This document shows, piece by piece, positions 62,701 to 64,000 of a DNA stretch of 64,000 nt (position 1 is its first letter; each line of letters begins with the position of its first letter). The translations under genes and the position numbers were made by a program. This DNA comes from Eledone cirrhosa (lineage: Eukaryota): NCBI GenBank assembly GCA_964016885.1, contig OZ024763.1, positions 10,664,001 through 10,728,000 of the forward strand. Direction: 5' to 3'. The notes beneath the pieces were generated by a model. The model was not told where the DNA came from and did no database searches. It saw nothing but the letters and a program-made list of their open reading frames with translations.

Positions 62701-64000
62701 TGTATATATCATTCGTTTGTGTTTTTGTTCTAAAAGTTTTATATTATTATGAAAAAAATGGATGTAAAATGACGATGGCAGTAGTCATGTACAAAAGTCA
62801 AAAACGTCTTGCTAATATGGTTTCATGCAGTAGAGGACATTAGAAATTAAACAGACATATAAAAAGCACACTGACCTTCTTCTGTCAGTTGACCATTGTC
62901 CACTAAGTTGAGAGGTATAACATCTTGGTCAACACCAAGCTCCAGTCTCCGGACCCTGTCCTTCTCAATGTATGACCTGGAAAATGAGAACGATGAATAT
63001 AGTAAGATTTTAACCCTGTTATTTCCATATTTCTAATGAAAGACAGTCTATGTCATTAACCCTTTCATTACCATATTTCTAATGAAAGACACTGTCTATG
63101 TCATTAACCCTTTCATTACCATATATCTAATGAAAGACACTGTCTATGTCTTTAACCCTTTCATTACCATATTTCTAATGAAAGACACAACAGTAGGGAA
63201 CAGATGAAATATAACTGTAAGGAACAGATGTGATATAACTGTAAGGAACAGATGTGATATAACTGTAAGGAACAGATGTGATATAACTGTAAGGAACAGA
63301 TGTGATATAACTGTAAGGAACAGATGTGATATAACTGTAGGGAACAGATGTGATATAACTGTAGGGAACAGATGTGATACAATACTAGAGAACAGATGTG
63401 ATACAATAGTATGAAATATGAGGATGTTAAGACAATGGGAAACAGATGTGAAACAACAAGAAACATGTAAAACTGGAGGTGGGAAATCTGGCCCTAGAAT
63501 ACTGCTTCAAAACAACTGGTTCAACTGGTCTGGAAGAACAGATATAACAATGAAGATGATGATGGTGGTAATGATACTGGTGGAGCAGATAAAAACTTTT
63601 AGAAATCTGGTACTTTATCAGTTATGATGAGTGTCTCAGTTGATTTGATCAACAAAACAACCTGCTTGAGAAATTTATCATGCAAGTGGCTGAGTGCTCC
63701 ACAGACAAATGTACCTTTAACGTAGTTCTCAGGGAGATTCAGCATGACAGAATGTAATATGGCTGGCCCTTCGATTTACAGGTACAATTCATTTAAACTA
63801 GCTGAGTGGACAGGAGTAATGTGAAATAAAGTGTCCTGCTCAAGGAGACTTCACGCCACTGAGAATCATCACGAGCTAAATACCACTAAGTCACACACAT
63901 TCTCAATGCTGTTAATACACACACTGAAAGTATAAAACTACAGCAGACTTACTTATCTGTAAATATTACTCTCAATGTATTATCATTAAATTCTTCGCCC
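22776..64000 (-). CDS. MRPL44: 39S mitochondrial ribosomal protein L44, 5'-partial; complement(join(22776..22972,34200..34282,37197..37345,41385..41456,52688..52772,56784..56859,62876..62976,63953..>64000))
   Basis: Eight exons with GT-AG boundaries and consistent intron phases (2,1,2,0,0,2,1). They splice to GEEFNDNTLRVIFTDKSYIEKDRVRRLELGVDQDVIPLNLVDNGQLTEEGKLIASRYIKAFLRFSYPLMFEEGICTVHDFLMSEDVLAETGSLIGMKDLILTAEFPVISSTLAAAFLATIGGLNEDQGLRRAERFVNHFIVPHLVDKDINDLWQIDNPMGMLKSILQYHNRAPPEPRLIHQSASQTIMSLYWVAIYSDKQMIGKAPGETVTIAEEMASRECLRQLL...QAIA*. This is colinear with recalled MRPL44 motifs (EFPV, NPMG, PE.RL..QS, Y.DK, PGET...AEE.A). Confidence 0.95.
29316..31075. repeat. 29-bp minisatellite (GTGAAACAGGTGTAATATTCACCTCCAAA), ~60 units
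   Basis: Directly visible. Confidence 0.97.
31655..31822. repeat. 39-bp tandem repeat x~4
   Basis: cacaaaccatacactcacacagaagccataatgcacccc repeated. Confidence 0.9.
33081..33765. mobile_element. Penelope-like relic with inverted terminal segments, a GIY-YIG fragment and a hammerhead-like motif
   Basis: ~65-bp inverted repeat 33081-33147 / 33700-33765; GRVTQPLHTRINQHL (G.T...L..R..EH pattern) at ~33600; CTGATGA...GAAA on minus at 33181-33222. Confidence 0.65.
33181..33222 (-). ncRNA. Minimal type I hammerhead-ribozyme-like motif
   Basis: AUACU CUGAUGA A GGGA-auuuucag-UCCC GAAA UA UU AGGAU; core intact, stem I pairs 4 of 5. Confidence 0.55.
34200..34282 (-). CDS. MRPL44: MRPL44 exon, 83 nt (LIHQSASQTIMSLYWVAIYSDKQMIGK)
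   Basis: tatttcAG acceptor, g|GTATGT donor; dsRBD beta-strand segment. Confidence 0.93.
37197..37345 (-). CDS. MRPL44: MRPL44 exon, 149 nt (GLRRAERFVNHF...NPMGMLKSILQYHNRAPPEP)
   Basis: ttttctattgcAG acceptor, ag|GTATAG donor; W.I.NPMG motif. Confidence 0.94.
37397..39165. repeat. 45-bp minisatellite (39/42-bp variants), ~40 units
   Basis: acaccttaaccacacagccatgtctacacctatgttgtgaagtga repeated. Confidence 0.97.
41385..41456 (-). CDS. MRPL44: MRPL44 exon, 72 nt (EFPVISSTLAAAFLATIGGLNEDQ)
   Basis: ttctcttatAG acceptor, cag|GTAAGT donor, phase 0-0. Confidence 0.92.
41750..44170 (+). mobile_element. Old RTE LINE RT, split by a SINE (41985-42116) and a young rearranged RTE (42276-43767); inverted sibling copy at ~44670-45125
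   Basis: FIDFKKAYDCVP...CQGCVLSPLLFIIYMN|RID...LILADNM...|AGMKISAAKTE...VEKFNYLG...TLTYGHESW. Confidence 0.85.
42276..43767 (-). mobile_element. Young GC-rich RTE insertion with an inverted internal segment
   Basis: 13-bp TSD TGAGTGCTGCATG at 42263-42275 and 43768-43780; short TAAGAC-type tail; ORF 42284..42859. Confidence 0.88.
47830..49455 (+). mobile_element. Decayed RTE LINE (APE endonuclease plus 3' fragment) hosting the young RTE
   Basis: FRTGTINV|GRMK...VDVCCVQE...GVGIMLAEKW...IIAGDINGNVG...ITYRSG...QIDLIL. Confidence 0.82.
47864..48455 (-). mobile_element. Young RTE copy, same family as 1292-1700
   Basis: ORF 47872..48426; 12-bp TSD CACCATCAATGT at 47852-47863 and 48456-48467. Confidence 0.92.
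49563..50355. repeat. 36-bp minisatellite x~22 with a 12-bp internal inverted repeat
   Basis: AAGTTATGAACT-gttggaaaag-AGTTCATAACTT per unit. Confidence 0.97.
50391..50912. repeat. 35-bp minisatellite x~15
   Basis: tataccctctctacgctatggggcctggggtacag repeated. Confidence 0.96.
51462..52613. repeat. 48-bp minisatellite x~24 derived from a TTAA-MITE terminus
   Basis: gacagtgtctttcattagaaatatggtaatgaaagggttaatgacata repeated. Confidence 0.97.
52688..52772 (-). CDS. MRPL44: MRPL44 exon, 85 nt (TVHDFLMSEDVLAETGSLIGMKDLILTA)
   Basis: Polypyrimidine tract plus ctAG acceptor, GTGAGT donor. Confidence 0.92.
53865..55061 (+). repeat. 40-bp minisatellite x~30 inside a SINE, nearly every unit containing GTTCAAATCC
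   Basis: Directly visible; flanked by SINE head and SINE body remnants. Confidence 0.95.
56784..56859 (-). CDS. MRPL44: MRPL44 exon, 76 nt (GKLIASRYIKAFLRFSYPLMFEEGI)
   Basis: ctttccAG acceptor, tg|GTAAGT donor; FL...YP.M..EGI motif. Confidence 0.92.
57047..57117 (-). pseudogene. Degenerate tRNA-like sequence
   Basis: GCAG.AT/ATCTGC acceptor-like stem, CTTAT/ATAAG anticodon arm, GTGGG-TTTGATT-CCCAC T-arm; D-arm and TTC are decayed. Confidence 0.5.
57363..57990. mobile_element. hAT (Charlie-like) MITE containing an RTE 3'UTR insertion
   Basis: Ends CAGTGGTTCCTAAC...GTTGGGATTCCCTG; 8-bp TSD CTCTTCAT/CTCTACAT. Confidence 0.75.
58042..58637 (+). mobile_element. Non-autonomous Helitron
   Basis: 5' a|t(t)tatatataatataaaag; 3' hairpin-like CCCGGGCGAAGCCAGA followed by CTAG|T. 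Confidence 0.65.
58865..59600 (-). mobile_element. Decayed RTE endonuclease region
   Basis: EKWVDLVIEV...GDFHGHVG...NEEES.LLEF...ITY.S...SQIDFIL-like remnants. Confidence 0.65.
61006..62210 (+). mobile_element. CRE-clade retrotransposon 3' end (CCHC plus PD-D endonuclease) with an internal ~61-bp tandem expansion at 61437-62170
   Basis: CCCGRSLDSTGLHGLSC...H.ELN.IIKRA...LEPAGLSRSDVKRPDGLT..W..G..LIWDVT..D; the array unit encodes LTEVSGD..EGARLFQPLSLAI. Confidence 0.85.
62876..62976 (-). CDS. MRPL44: MRPL44 exon, 101 nt (SYIEKDRVRRLELGVDQDVIPLNLVDNGQLTEE)
   Basis: ttttccAG acceptor, g|GTCAGT donor; resembles MRPL44 YI..E..R..LG......LNL..N..L.E.G. Confidence 0.92.
63010..63188. repeat. ~3.7 units of the 48-bp satellite, in reverse orientation to 51462-52613
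   Basis: ttaaccctttcattaccatatttctaatgaaagacactgtctatgtca is the exact reverse complement of that unit. Confidence 0.95.
63192..63410. repeat. 24-bp tandem repeat x~8
   Basis: gatgtgatataactgtaaggaaca repeated. Confidence 0.93.
63953..64000 (-). CDS. MRPL44: MRPL44 exon, truncated by window edge (GEEFNDNTLRVIFTD)
   Basis: Ends aa|GTAAGT, phase 2, and joins the next exon in frame (aa+g = K). Confidence 0.88.

Noticed and set aside
51462-63188. Composite piggyBac transposon capturing three MRPL44 exons between TIR-derived arrays
   Set aside because: The TIR-like units face outward (AAAGGGTTAA on the left, TTAACCCTTT on the right), the wrong polarity to mobilise the interval.

Overview
AT-rich, microsatellite- and transposon-saturated animal DNA. 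The SINE families, (CAT/TGA)n-tailed RTE LINEs and repeat style point to an octopod cephalopod such as Octopus (inference). One host gene is supported: mitochondrial ribosomal protein L44 (MRPL44, RNase III-like plus dsRBD) on the minus strand. I reconstructed it by hand as 8 phase-consistent GT-AG exons, 811 coding nt over about 41 kb, with the 5' end beyond the window. The rest is decayed mobile DNA: three tRNA-headed SINE families; RTE, L1/Tx1, CRE and Penelope-like retroelement fragments; a Merlin transposase relic; piggyBac-, hAT- and mariner-type MITEs; non-autonomous Helitrons; and more than 10 minisatellites. Nearly all long ORFs in the track are repeat artefacts. Best leads: (1) a 48-bp TIR-derived satellite in opposite orientations 34 nt and 75 nt from splice sites bracketing three MRPL44 exons (circRNA or exon-skipping geometry); (2) several hammerhead-ribozyme-like cores tied to Penelope relics; (3) minisatellites that amplify the Pol III A-box or B-box of SINE heads, or other TE fragments; (4) many long intronic fold-backs that could be ADAR substrates; (5) one SINE body carrying two different LINE-derived tails. 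I cannot show that any of these is a new functional system; they are testable candidates.
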